Below are positions 28,662-40,136 of a stretch of 64,000 nucleotides of DNA, one piece after another (within the stretch, counting starts at the first letter, position 1; every line of letters starts with the position of its first letter). The stretch covers positions 93,572 to 157,571 of the forward strand of contig CAZPQJ010000001.1 in the NCBI GenBank assembly GCA_964588955.1. The letters run 5' to 3'. A program made the position numbers and the translations under genes. Below the pieces are notes generated by a model, which did not search any database, had not been told where the DNA came from, and saw only the letters and a program-made list of their open reading frames with translations. The DNA comes from an uncultured Gammaproteobacteria bacterium (lineage in GTDB: Bacteria > Patescibacteriota > Patescibacteriia > UBA9934 > CAMTUG01).

Positions 28662-31600
28662 ATGAAGCGCTTGTCTTTTTCAACGTGGCTTAAAGGACTG
28701 ACGGGGATGGGAATCCTCGCCGGCGTTCTTGGGGCCGCACCGGCATTAGCTCAGTCGCTGAATACAGGGATTGAAGAAGGGGGAGCTTTTCAGCAAGCGC
28801 TTGGGCTTGGCACGGGCGACATTAAAATCATCATCGCTAACATTATCCGCATCTTTCTTGGGTTGTTGGGGGTCATTGCGGTTAGTTTGATTGTCTACGG
28901 CGGGTTCTTGTGGATGACGTCTGCGGGTAATGAAGAGCGAACGCATAAAGCGAGAATGGTCATTACCAACGCCATTATTGGATTGGTGATCATCATGATG
29001 TCGTTTATTATCGTTTCGTTCGTTCTGAATAAACTGCTTGCAGCCACGGGATTTGGAGGAGGAACGTTTGATGAGCCTCCGACGTGCGATGGATGCATCC
29101 CTCCAGATTATTCCAGCGTCTTTACGATCGACTCTGTTTCTCCACAAGGCGATCAAACGATTAAAAATCTCACCGTGCGCTTGACGTTTAATAAAGATGT
29201 TGATGCGGCAACGGTTTCCGACAACATTACCGTGACGGCGGATGGATCAGACACCCCGGTGACGGGTACGTTTTCGGTGGTTGGCGATCGCGTGAGTTTT
29301 CATCCCGATGCTGTTTGCGAGGGGTATCCGGAAGAGTATTGTTTTGATAGTAATACACCGTACACAATTACTCTTGGTTCGGGATTAAGGAGTATAGAAG
29401 AGCTAGCTCTTTCTTGCGGAGGCTTTTATGATTCTTGCACCTATACGTTTACCAGTGGAGAGTTGGTTGATACGCAACCGCCAAGTGTTTCTGTAACATC
29501 GCCGGAATATGGCGATAGCGTATCGGTCAATGCTTTGGTGCCGATTCAGGCGCATGTAGAAGACGACGGTGGGGTCGCGGAAGTTGAATTTTATGTGGAT
29601 GGTAATTTGATTGACACTATCCAACCGGACGGCGACACCCCGCTTACGTTTGATGCCACCATTGATTGGGATACATCGGCTCTTACCGCTCTTGAACGAT
29701 ACGGGTTAACGGCCGTGGCGTATGACGTGAATGATCATTCAGAACGTTCCGATGAAGTCCGCGTGATCGCCCGCGCAGAGCATTGTTTTAACGGCGACTA
29801 TCCCACCACGGATCCGAATTTTCCAGACGCCGATGAAGAGGGGGAGGATTGCGGTGGAGCGGATTGTGGTGCCTGTGATGGTTCCTCGTGTCGGGCATCG
29901 GAGGATTTTACCTGCGCCGCCACCTGTGTGGATGGTGTTTGTACCGACGTGCCGGAGATCACCGCCGTTTCGCCGTTAAACGGCGCGGTGGGTTCCTACG
30001 TTACCATTAGCGGAACGAATTTTGGTAGCCGCGTGGGGAGCGTGAAATTTGGCGATGTTGAAGCCGAGCTTGCCAATTGTGACGATGCCTGGCAGACCTT
30101 CCAGGTGATTGCTGTTGTGCCAGAAAGATTAACGGTCGGTGAGACCTATCCCATTACGCTCACCACCGCTGACGGTTATACAGACACCACCAACGATGAT
30201 TACGGCACGCCAATTGACGACTTTGAAGTGAACACGACGGTGCGTCCAGGAATTTGTGCTGTTGGCCCCAGCTACGGCGAGGTGGGGAGTTTCACAACCG
30301 TGTATGGAAATAATTTTGGCGCCACACAAGGTGACGGTACGATCTATTTTGGTACCGAGGCTGCTTCCGCCTATGCTAGTTGGAACGATAGCCAAGTGAA
30401 AGTAGATGTTCCAACATTAGTTGCCAAAGATTATTTCATGACCTTGTGGGTTGGTGGGGTTTCTTCTAACGACGTGAACTTCACGGTTGTCGATAGTGAT
30501 GCGGAAGAAGCGCCGTATATTGATTCGGTGAGTCCCACATCTGGCCCGATTGGTCAGTATGTGACGATCACCGGTAGTGGTTTTGGTTCAACGCCTGATT
30601 TAGTTTACTTTATTAATAACAATCCTGATTCTCCAGATTATGGAGGGAGATTCGAGGCGGATGTTGATTTTCCCGCCGTGTGTGAAGATAACTATTGGTC
30701 GCACACGCAGATTATTGTCAAAGTGCCGATAGGGTTGGGGCAGACAGACTATTTGATTGAAGTGCGTAAAGATGATCAGCTTTCCAATGATGCGGATTTT
30801 GCCGTGACTGCCGGAACGGCTTCGCCGGGGATCTGTTTGGTGTCGCCGTCTGCCGCGCCGGTGGGTTATCCGAGTGTTACGTTGAGTGGAGAGGGGTTTG
30901 GAACGACAACGGGAGAAGTTCATTTTTACGACGGATCTGAAGGGGGAGACACGTCCATTGCTAGTTCATGGAGTGACACGGAAGCGGTGGTGGAGGTGCC
31001 AGTGGGAGCGACATCTGGCCCCGTGATTCTTTATGATGCGTTGTTCCGATCTTCCAATGCCGTTAATTTTGACGTGGGGGATTGTAATACCCAGAATGTG
31101 TGTGATGCCAATACGCAGCAGTGTTGCGCTTCCGGTGCCTGTATCGGTGCCAACGACGTGTGTCCGGAAGCGGCTCAAGTGAACGCTGAATACGTGTGGG
31201 AATTTTCGACGGGAGCGATCCCTGTTGTACCAACGGTGCAGGCACGGTGTTCAACCACGATGATTTCTCCTACCCCCTGGAGCGGCCGCGCGGGTGGGGA
31301 GTCCGTGTGCGTTAACGCTGGAATCTCTGCTACGTTTGATGTGGCCATGGATACCGCTTCCCTCAAAGCTGACGGCAACATTACGCTTGGTGCTTGCTCG
31401 GACGCGACCTGTGCTTCTTCCACCCCTGTGGATTTGGGAGACGTCAGTACGACGGCTACCAGTTTCGCTGTTTATCCAACGAGCAGTCTCGCGCCGGGTA
31501 CCACCTATCAAGTTGTTCTCTCTTCGGCGATTACTTCTTCGTTGGGGGTGGCCATTGCTCCAACACGCTGGACATTTACTACCAGTACCGATGCTAATGA

Positions 31601-34600
31601 TTGCGCCTATGCCGGGGTGATGGTCAGTCCATCATTGGCCACGATTGAAGAGCAGGATGGGTTAGCAACGTTTAACGCCGCTGCTTTGGCGGAAGACGCT
31701 TGCATTATTCTCAATAACAACGACACCACGTGGTCGTGGTCGGTAGATCCGTCTGATCGTTATGTTTCGTTCTCCGACGCTGCCGTGGCTGGGTGTACGG
31801 GCGAGCCAACGAGTTGTCAAACGGTGATGGGTATTGCCGAAGGAGACAGTATTGTGACTGCGGAAGAAAGCACTCAAGGGTTGGATGATGACGCGGAAGT
31901 GGACGTCAACTTCACCAACCCCTATGCCGTGGATTATTGGCCGGGATGTAGCAACGGCGGTACGGCCTGTTTGAACGCGGCGATTGGCGCGCAATTTAAT
32001 ACAACGATGGATGACGTGACGGTGGAGTCGGCTGGAGCTATACATCTTTATGCCTGTAGTGATGAATCCTGCTCAACGCATACCGAGGACATTGGGATTG
32101 ATGTGGAACGTTCCGACGCTGACGAGACTGTTGTCAACATCACCCTCAACGATGATGATTATCCAAGCGGTAATCTTGCCACGCGCACCTACTACGAAGT
32201 GGTTTTTTCGAGTGCGATTGAATCGCAAAGCGGAGTGCCGCTTAATGAACATTATAACGGCGACTTCAGCTGGACCTTTTTGACGCGGGCGACGGATGAA
32301 ATTTGCGCCGTTGATCATGTGGTAGTGGATCCATCCGCCTCGACGGTCACCTATGTGGGAGCCACCTCCGTATTTGATTCCGTGCCCTATGGGGATCCGG
32401 ATGATTGTTCTACGAGTGGTCAGCGATTAACCGCCACGGGTTATGATTGGGGTTGGAGCATAGCCAATACGACTATTGCGAATTTGTGGCAGGATGGCGT
32501 GCCAGTTCAGGTAGTGGAAGATCGTATCCCTGACGGCTGCACAACATCGTGTTTGTCGGAAGGAACGTTAAGCTACGAGGCTATTTGTGGAGAAGACGCT
32601 GATGGAGACGGGAGTTTGTTGGATCCTGGTGAGGACTGCGATAATGGCACTGGGCTTGCTGGGGCGGGGTGTTCTTCCACCTGTCAAAGTCTTGGAACGA
32701 CGGCATGTTCCAGTGAAGAGGGATCCAATTGCTGTGGCAACAATAATCTAGATACGGGAGAAGAATGTGATGACGGAAATACGGCCAACAGCGACGGGTG
32801 TTCTAATGTATGTTTGAACGAAGGAGAGGCTGGGGGCGTGAGCACCTGCGGCGACGAGGGAATCGTGACCCATTCTGATTTGGTGAACTCCCGCGGCTGG
32901 GCCGGGGGAGAAGATTGCGACGATGGCAATACAGATAGTGGCGATGGTTGTTCCAATCTGTGTTTGAACGAAGGGTCTGTTTCCCGTCGCGACCTCAATG
33001 GTATCTGCGGTGATGGCGAAGTCGATGCGCCGGCCGAACAGTGTGACGACAGCGGTACGCGCAATGGCGACGGTTGTTCCGAGTACTGTTTATACGAAGG
33101 TAGCGACGCCTGTAGTAATCCAACCAGCGATCGTAACTGCTGTGGCAACGAGCAGACGGAAGCTTCCGCCTTTGAATCTTGCGACGACGGCAACACGGTG
33201 AATGGTGATGGCTGTTCGGCCGTGTGTTTGCTCGAAGGTTCTTCACGTGGGTATGCCACGCCAAGCTGGTGTGGAGACGGCACCACGGGAACCGGTGAAG
33301 CGCCAGCAGATACGGTGAGTGCTTGTGAGGTGAGTTTGAGTAGTCTCGATGGATTTGTGGAACCAGAACAGGTGGCCGTGATTGCTTCCACAGCTCCGGG
33401 CGAAGTCGTCGATGGTTTGGCCAGCACAACCGTTTCCGCTGCTGCCGAAGGAGAGACCGGTCAAGCCGCATTGAACTTAAGCTGTTCCTGTGCTGAAGAT
33501 AATCAATGCACGAGTTCTGACAGCTCCCTGAGCCTTGGATGTGGCACGGGAGGGTGTTGCTACGAACGTCCAAAGTTTTTGGGCTACACACCGAGTGACG
33601 GTGATGCCTGCCGTAACGCGCTGGTGGCGTTCGATTTTGATACCGAAATGGCTCTTGCGACCTTTACCGATAATCTTACTATCGAGCTCGTGCTGGAAGG
33701 GGATGAAGCGTGTCCTTACTCCTCATCTTCCACTGCTTTTGACACCTCGGGCAATGTCTTTGTGAAGGTCTGGAGTTCTGCTAAGCACCTGCTGAGCCGG
33801 CTGGTTGATCCAGCGCAGGCAAGCGATACCGCCTGTTATTTACCAATCACCTTTACGTCCTCGCCTACGGAGGACGGTGGTGAACGTGTGACTGCTATCT
33901 ACACGCAACTTTTGGAGGCTGACCGCAGTTATATTGTGAGTATTAAGGGGGATCCTTCGCATGATGGTTCTGGGGTGCGATCCGCCACGGGTGTTGGTTT
34001 GGATCACAATTATGCGCGCGTGATTTCTATCGGCGACAATGTTTGTAGCTTCGACACGGTCAGTGTACAAGACGTGGATGCTGATTCCCCCGGGCTGTTT
34101 ACGACGGTAGGGGAAGCGCACCCGTACACGGCAACGGCAATGACAATGATCGGGGGTGTGGCTCAAGCGATCGTTCCTATTCCCGATGTCTATGATTGGG
34201 ATTGGTCTAAAACGTGGTGGTCGACCGACGACACGGTTTTGCAAGTTGGAACGCAAACCGATTCTGGATCGGAAAGCAACAATACCGTTACAGCACAGAA
34301 TGACAACGGCACCGCCTCGATTTACGCTTCCGCCCAAATTACCGATGATACGTTGTTTTCTCCGAGTACAGCGTTGACCAATGTCTATGGCTCCGCGGAA
34401 GCCACTACTAACTTGTGTAAAAATCCTTGGCCAGCATTGAAATCCGGCCACAGCTGGGACCCGTTCCGTGATGGCGCGTTTGGTAATCACGACCCAGATG
34501 GGGATGGTGTTGTTGAAGTAATGCGCGGCGCGGGTTGGATGCATTTTACTACCTACTATTGTCGCGATGATATTGGCATAAGTACCAATGAGAACGGTGC

Positions 34601-37600
34601 CGAAGTTTCCGCTACCGGCACGGCAGCCGATGTGGTGTTTGTGGAAGATCCGCCGAGCGACGTGCTCAAAGAGTATCTCTTTAAATTGAGCGGCGGTGAC
34701 GCTGTTGGTATTCGCATTGCCAAAAATGACGACCTATTGAGTATTGGTGATTGGTACGATGCGCAAGGATTCACGGGTGCGCCATCAGAAACTACGGTTG
34801 ATGGCTATCAAGCCTTGCGTGATGGTCGAACCGTATATGTGAGTGCTGCGAACGTGAGTGGAGATTTTTCCGGAACAATTTATCCGAATGTGTACGTGAT
34901 CTCTTATAACGAAGGGGCTTCCGAAGAAACAATTGCCATCTTCGACCAAATGCTCGACAACTGGCAGTTCAATAGCAATATTTCCAACGATGGAATTTGT
35001 TATGAAGTGACAGGGGATTCTGCCGGTGAGCCAACGTTTGATGCTGATGGTCAAACGGTGAGTTGTACCTCCGATCTAGACTGTACGTCTGGAGCCTGCC
35101 GCGCGGGTAAAGACAAATTGCGCCGCGACATGCAGCGTCTGACTGATGTGAAAGAGATTGCCGGAGATTTGCAAGCATATGGGGAAGCTAATGGTCGTTG
35201 TAGTGCCACCAGCACCACTTCATGCACTTCCGACAGTGATTGTCCAGGGGTGGAAACGTGCCAGGCGCTGTACCCCACGATTGATTCTGGCAGTTTCTTG
35301 CGTGCACAATCGAGCAGTGCTTGGGATTCGTGGCAGAACGTACTCGGTACAACGCTTGGGGTAACCTTGCCAACCGATCCACTGAACGCCTACGCCGAGT
35401 GCGGCACAACGGGCGGTAGCTATGGTGACTACAATGCTGACACCTGTTGGTATGAAGCGGGGGCGCAGTATGCGTGTCCTACGGGTTCTCACGTTTATAA
35501 TTATAAAAATATCGGTGGCACAGCTTACCGGGTGTGGACAGATCTTGAATACCACTATGAAAGTGGAGTCACCGAGTGGCACGGTCGTGTTGATAGCGAG
35601 GTTGCGGATGGGCTTTCCGTTGTGGCCGGACAAGCGTTTACCGGCATCGTCGATGGATTCCAAGAAGACGCCACCTGCGATGGTACGGTAATGGGTAATT
35701 CTGCAGCTTGCGGGGACGGCGTCATTGGCGAGAGTGAAACATGTGAAATTGGAGATACGTCAACGACCAGTTGCCATGCGTTAACTTGTCTTTCCGCTGA
35801 TCCAGATTATGATGGCGCGGCTTGCTTGGTTGATTGCGCGGATACAACGATTTGTCCGGGTGGGGACAAGAACGCTGACGGGATCTGCGATGGTGGTCCG
35901 GCTGGCGGTCAAGCTTGTGGCACCGGAGACGTGGATTGTACCGATACATCAATTTGTTCCACCTATCCGTACTTTGAACGCACGGAAGGGACGCAAGTAA
36001 CTACGTGTGATCGTTCAACCTGTGATGCTTTCTCTGCCGCTGCAGACGCCGCGTGTGTACCGTTCCGTTGCGGTAACGGAGTCGTGGATGATGGAGAGGA
36101 TTGCGACGACGGTTCCCACAACGGCAACTATGGTTATTGTGGCACCAGCTGTCAGTGGGACTCCACGGCCTTCTACTGCGGCGACGGTACGCTCGCTGGC
36201 GGAGAAGTTTGCGATAAGGGTGCCAGCAACGGTCAGTACGCCCTTTCTTCTGCCGATACGTGTTCGGCCACTTGCGATGGTCCGGGGTTGTATTGCGGCG
36301 ACAGCGTTGTGAACGGTTCAGAAGTTTGCGATGGTACTTCCGAGACCTGGGCTGGTTCGTTGTGCCCCGATGGGGTCACTACGTGCACCTCGAACGCGGA
36401 TTGTGGAGGAAACACCTGCGGGGCAGGAGGGTTAATCTACAACGGTGCTTGTCCGACAGCTTCATTGTGTGTGGGGGGAGATTACGACGGATTCCCCTGT
36501 GGTAACTTTTCTTGGCCAGATGCGGTGTCTATTATGAGTGGCTATTCTGACTTCGCGATTGACTTCACCGAAGGAGCTTATGGAGTGCTTTGCCAAAATT
36601 ATGGTGGCACGTGCGTTGATTCGGCTGTCTATCCTACCTACCACATCCGCTCGTGTAATGATTCCGGTACCTCGGCTGACTGTTCTTGGAACACCTGGCA
36701 GGATTTCTGTAAAGCGGACACGGCTTCCTGTGGTAACGGAGTGGTAGATGGTACGGAGGCCTGTGATGACGGTAATGATTCAAATAATGACAGCTGCACC
36801 AATCAATGCACCGTGAACATTTGCGGTGATGGGTATTTGTACACCGACCATGAATCTTGCGATCGTGCGGAAGAAAACGGACAGGAGTGTACAGCTGATT
36901 ATGGCAGCACCTGCCGTTACTGTTCCTACGATTGCACGTACCTCACTTCTTCTGGTTCTTATTGTGGAGACGGAGTGGTACAAGATTCCGACGAGTTATG
37001 TGACGGCTCTGAGCTCACCCAGTTCCGTTGTTTCGACGACGCGACGACACAGCAGGTTGGAGATGTTTGTTATGAGGCAAATGCTGCCGAAGGGAGCGGT
37101 TGTGAATCGGGATTCACCTGTCGCAATCTTGGAGTTTGTAATGGTGGATTAAACGATGGTATGTACTGTACCCAAACGGATGCGGTTTCTGGGAAAGATC
37201 TGGCTTTCTGTGCCGGGGGCACCTGCGTACTCCCAACCTGTGCCGACGACTGTGGTTCCACCTGCCCGTTCAGCTATGCTGATCAGGCGGTGGACGTAAC
37301 CAGTGAAGAGGCGGGGGCTACAGCCAATGACAGTATCAGTTTATATAGTCTCGACACGGACGGCTCGCCGAATTTGGCGACGCTGACCATTCCCGCCTGC
37401 CGCATTGAAAGCGGGTTGACCGCTGACATTTCTGACGCGGATCGAGATTATTCCGACGTCGATATTATGTTCGTGTTGGACGACTCGCAATCCATGGGTG
37501 AGCCGCTTGGTTCATCTACGGGTCTAGAAGTGTTGCGCGATGCTGTTAGCGACGCGATCGATCAATTGTATGATGCTTATCACGGCACGAACGCCGAGGT

Positions 37601-38528
37601 GCGCATTGGCTTTGCGTTTATTGGCGGTAAACATGGGTACGACTTAGATGGGGATGGTGTCTATGAAACCGTTGATGACTATGGCACGACGGAGTTCTTT
37701 AACTTTGCTTATGACTTTGGCGAAGAACGTTATTTCGTTGATGACACGCAGGAAGGGGATCTTGATGCCGCTATTACGACCGCTCTTTCTGTTACCTATC
37801 ACGCGGACAAAAAAACAGAGAGTATTCAATGTTACAATCCTGATGAAGATCCATCCTGTGTGGAGGTAACGGGTACGCCGCTCATTCAGGTGCTACGCAG
37901 TGTGAAAGATGCCTTCGCGAATGACACGAATGTTGGAGATGATGACGCGAAGTATGTCATCCTGTTTACCGATGGGGATATTAAAAATGACGCTTCCGAA
38001 CTGACTGCGGTTGAAGATGCCTTCGCCTTGACTGACGCTTCACACAAGTCGTATGTGGAGCAAGTGACCGACACTATTGATGAACTTAAAGACAGCGGTA
38101 TTACACTGTTCAGTGCGGCTTTTGCCGAAAGTGATTCCTGTGGTGCGTATCAGGCGGCAAAATGGTCGAATATGGATTGCTCACCCGCAGAGCGCGTCTG
38201 TGAAAAACAGTATGATGAAGGGGATTACAGCTGTGAGCCGCCATCGAATAACATTACCTACGCCTACTCTGCCACCGACGCGGATGGATTGGTAGAAATG
38301 TATCAGTCCATCATCGACGCGATCTTAAATGTTACGGTGACTCTTACTGATGCCGACGGCAACACCGCAACCTCGACGGTCGACATTGGTGACTCCATTG
38401 ACCTGCCGTTGCCAGTATTCTTTGCTTGCGATGCCTCCGCGGAAAGCAACCTGAACATAGAAGTGACCTTTACGGGTTCCGGGGCTATTGAATTTAGCAA
38501 CATCCAGTTGAACATGTGTTCGCCGTAA
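28662..38528 (+). CDS. Giant (~3290 aa) Cys/Asp-rich surface protein: VirB2-like pilin, Ig-like, IPT/TIG, Cys-rich repeats, pilin-like head, VWA
   Basis: YGGFLWMTSAGNEE; about 4 IPT repeats (SP..G.VG..VTI.G.NFG); CGDG..E.CDDGN..GDGCS..C repeats; VLDDSQS MIDAS motif and LFTDG. Confidence 0.85.
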   Translation: MKRLSFSTWLKGLTGMGILAGVLGAAPALAQSLNTGIEEGGAFQQALGLGTGDIKIIIANIIRIFLGLLGVIAVSLIVYGGFLWMTSAGNEERTHKARMVITNAIIGLVIIMMSFIIVSFVLNKLLAATGFGGGTFDEPPTCDGCIPPDYSSVFTIDSVSPQGDQTIKNLTVRLTFNKDVDAATVSDNITVTADGSDTPVTGTFSVVGDRVSFHPDAVCEGYPEEYCFDSNTPYTITLGSGLRSIEELALSCGGFYDSCTYTFTSGELVDTQPPSVSVTSPEYGDSVSVNALVPIQAHVEDDGGVAEVEFYVDGNLIDTIQPDGDTPLTFDATIDWDTSALTALERYGLTAVAYDVNDHSERSDEVRVIARAEHCFNGDYPTTDPNFPDADEEGEDCGGADCGACDGSSCRASEDFTCAATCVDGVCTDVPEITAVSPLNGAVGSYVTISGTNFGSRVGSVKFGDVEAELANCDDAWQTFQVIAVVPERLTVGETYPITLTTADGYTDTTNDDYGTPIDDFEVNTTVRPGICAVGPSYGEVGSFTTVYGNNFGATQGDGTIYFGTEAASAYASWNDSQVKVDVPTLVAKDYFMTLWVGGVSSNDVNFTVVDSDAEEAPYIDSVSPTSGPIGQYVTITGSGFGSTPDLVYFINNNPDSPDYGGRFEADVDFPAVCEDNYWSHTQIIVKVPIGLGQTDYLIEVRKDDQLSNDADFAVTAGTASPGICLVSPSAAPVGYPSVTLSGEGFGTTTGEVHFYDGSEGGDTSIASSWSDTEAVVEVPVGATSGPVILYDALFRSSNAVNFDVGDCNTQNVCDANTQQCCASGACIGANDVCPEAAQVNAEYVWEFSTGAIPVVPTVQARCSTTMISPTPWSGRAGGESVCVNAGISATFDVAMDTASLKADGNITLGACSDATCASSTPVDLGDVSTTATSFAVYPTSSLAPGTTYQVVLSSAITSSLGVAIAPTRWTFTTSTDANDCAYAGVMVSPSLATIEEQDGLATFNAAALAEDACIILNNNDTTWSWSVDPSDRYVSFSDAAVAGCTGEPTSCQTVMGIAEGDSIVTAEESTQGLDDDAEVDVNFTNPYAVDYWPGCSNGGTACLNAAIGAQFNTTMDDVTVESAGAIHLYACSDESCSTHTEDIGIDVERSDADETVVNITLNDDDYPSGNLATRTYYEVVFSSAIESQSGVPLNEHYNGDFSWTFLTRATDEICAVDHVVVDPSASTVTYVGATSVFDSVPYGDPDDCSTSGQRLTATGYDWGWSIANTTIANLWQDGVPVQVVEDRIPDGCTTSCLSEGTLSYEAICGEDADGDGSLLDPGEDCDNGTGLAGAGCSSTCQSLGTTACSSEEGSNCCGNNNLDTGEECDDGNTANSDGCSNVCLNEGEAGGVSTCGDEGIVTHSDLVNSRGWAGGEDCDDGNTDSGDGCSNLCLNEGSVSRRDLNGICGDGEVDAPAEQCDDSGTRNGDGCSEYCLYEGSDACSNPTSDRNCCGNEQTEASAFESCDDGNTVNGDGCSAVCLLEGSSRGYATPSWCGDGTTGTGEAPADTVSACEVSLSSLDGFVEPEQVAVIASTAPGEVVDGLASTTVSAAAEGETGQAALNLSCSCAEDNQCTSSDSSLSLGCGTGGCCYERPKFLGYTPSDGDACRNALVAFDFDTEMALATFTDNLTIELVLEGDEACPYSSSSTAFDTSGNVFVKVWSSAKHLLSRLVDPAQASDTACYLPITFTSSPTEDGGERVTAIYTQLLEADRSYIVSIKGDPSHDGSGVRSATGVGLDHNYARVISIGDNVCSFDTVSVQDVDADSPGLFTTVGEAHPYTATAMTMIGGVAQAIVPIPDVYDWDWSKTWWSTDDTVLQVGTQTDSGSESNNTVTAQNDNGTASIYASAQITDDTLFSPSTALTNVYGSAEATTNLCKNPWPALKSGHSWDPFRDGAFGNHDPDGDGVVEVMRGAGWMHFTTYYCRDDIGISTNENGAEVSATGTAADVVFVEDPPSDVLKEYLFKLSGGDAVGIRIAKNDDLLSIGDWYDAQGFTGAPSETTVDGYQALRDGRTVYVSAANVSGDFSGTIYPNVYVISYNEGASEETIAIFDQMLDNWQFNSNISNDGICYEVTGDSAGEPTFDADGQTVSCTSDLDCTSGACRAGKDKLRRDMQRLTDVKEIAGDLQAYGEANGRCSATSTTSCTSDSDCPGVETCQALYPTIDSGSFLRAQSSSAWDSWQNVLGTTLGVTLPTDPLNAYAECGTTGGSYGDYNADTCWYEAGAQYACPTGSHVYNYKNIGGTAYRVWTDLEYHYESGVTEWHGRVDSEVADGLSVVAGQAFTGIVDGFQEDATCDGTVMGNSAACGDGVIGESETCEIGDTSTTSCHALTCLSADPDYDGAACLVDCADTTICPGGDKNADGICDGGPAGGQACGTGDVDCTDTSICSTYPYFERTEGTQVTTCDRSTCDAFSAAADAACVPFRCGNGVVDDGEDCDDGSHNGNYGYCGTSCQWDSTAFYCGDGTLAGGEVCDKGASNGQYALSSADTCSATCDGPGLYCGDSVVNGSEVCDGTSETWAGSLCPDGVTTCTSNADCGGNTCGAGGLIYNGACPTASLCVGGDYDGFPCGNFSWPDAVSIMSGYSDFAIDFTEGAYGVLCQNYGGTCVDSAVYPTYHIRSCNDSGTSADCSWNTWQDFCKADTASCGNGVVDGTEACDDGNDSNNDSCTNQCTVNICGDGYLYTDHESCDRAEENGQECTADYGSTCRYCSYDCTYLTSSGSYCGDGVVQDSDELCDGSELTQFRCFDDATTQQVGDVCYEANAAEGSGCESGFTCRNLGVCNGGLNDGMYCTQTDAVSGKDLAFCAGGTCVLPTCADDCGSTCPFSYADQAVDVTSEEAGATANDSISLYSLDTDGSPNLATLTIPACRIESGLTADISDADRDYSDVDIMFVLDDSQSMGEPLGSSTGLEVLRDAVSDAIDQLYDAYHGTNAEVRIGFAFIGGKHGYDLDGDGVYETVDDYGTTEFFNFAYDFGEERYFVDDTQEGDLDAAITTALSVTYHADKKTESIQCYNPDEDPSCVEVTGTPLIQVLRSVKDAFANDTNVGDDDAKYVILFTDGDIKNDASELTAVEDAFALTDASHKSYVEQVTDTIDELKDSGITLFSAAFAESDSCGAYQAAKWSNMDCSPAERVCEKQYDEGDYSCEPPSNNITYAYSATDADGLVEMYQSIIDAILNVTVTLTDADGNTATSTVDIGDSIDLPLPVFFACDASAESNLNIEVTFTGSGAIEFSNIQLNMCSP

Positions 38529-38539
38529 CCCTTGCATCT

Positions 38540-39325
38540 ATGGAGTACCAACCACAACCGTATATTTATGCCTCCGAGGTCGGACAAACGCCGGCCGTGC
38601 CTCCAACCAATTGGTGGCAAACGCACAAAACTCTCCTTGTGAAGATTGGGATTGGTTTGTTAATCGCGGCCGTTGTGGGACTGACGGTCCTGTTTCTCGT
38701 ACGGCGCATAGCCGCCAATAAAGCGGCGCGATTGGCAGAAGTCGCTCAGGAACAAACTGCCGTGAGTTCGGCGCAGAAAGATTGTGATCAAACAAAAAAT
38801 CCCGACAAGTGCAATCAACGCATTGCCGCTGATCTGGCGCAGTCAACCGGCAAAGTTTCTTTTTGTCATGAGCTCTCAGGAGATGCATTTGATAACTGTA
38901 TTACCTTGGCGGCGTTGACGGCCAAGAGTTTAACCGCGTGTAATCAGGTGAATAATGCGGAGAAAAAAACTGCGTGCACCAATGCTGTCAACGCCTTGCT
39001 TCATCCATATGTTTTGCAAGTATCCGCAGATGTCCAAACGGCGATAGATGCGCGTAATCCGGATATGTGCGCCACGGTTGAAGATGTGGACTTGTGTTTG
39101 GAGTTGGTGGGTGTTGCCGATCGGGATCTTGATGGGTTGAGTGAGGAGAAAGAACAGACCCTGGGTACCAGCGACACGTCTATTGATTCCGATGCCGATG
39201 GATTGTCTGATGCCGATGAAGTCAATATCTGGAAAACGGATCCAGCGAAGACCGACACCGACGGGGACAGTTATCCCGATGGCACAGAGGTAAAAGGGGG
39301 GTATAATCCTCTAGGAAGCGGTTAA
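38540..39325 (+). CDS. Single-TM protein with Cys-rich helical region and bacterial TSP3 (Ca-binding) repeats
   Basis: DRDLDGLS, DSDADGLSD, DTDGDSYPDG.EV..GYNP. Confidence 0.8.
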   Translation: MEYQPQPYIYASEVGQTPAVPPTNWWQTHKTLLVKIGIGLLIAAVVGLTVLFLVRRIAANKAARLAEVAQEQTAVSSAQKDCDQTKNPDKCNQRIAADLAQSTGKVSFCHELSGDAFDNCITLAALTAKSLTACNQVNNAEKKTACTNAVNALLHPYVLQVSADVQTAIDARNPDMCATVEDVDLCLELVGVADRDLDGLSEEKEQTLGTSDTSIDSDADGLSDADEVNIWKTDPAKTDTDGDSYPDGTEVKGGYNPLGSG

Positions 39326-39410
39326 CGAGATTATCGGCGTGAGCCCCCTAGCCACTAGCAACTGTCCGCTCCGACCGGCCACTATCCACTAGCCACTTAA
39401 TCACTTTTCT

Positions 39411-40112
<702 letters not shown>

Positions 40113-40136
40113 CGAGAGGTATTTTAAGCGTGCTGT

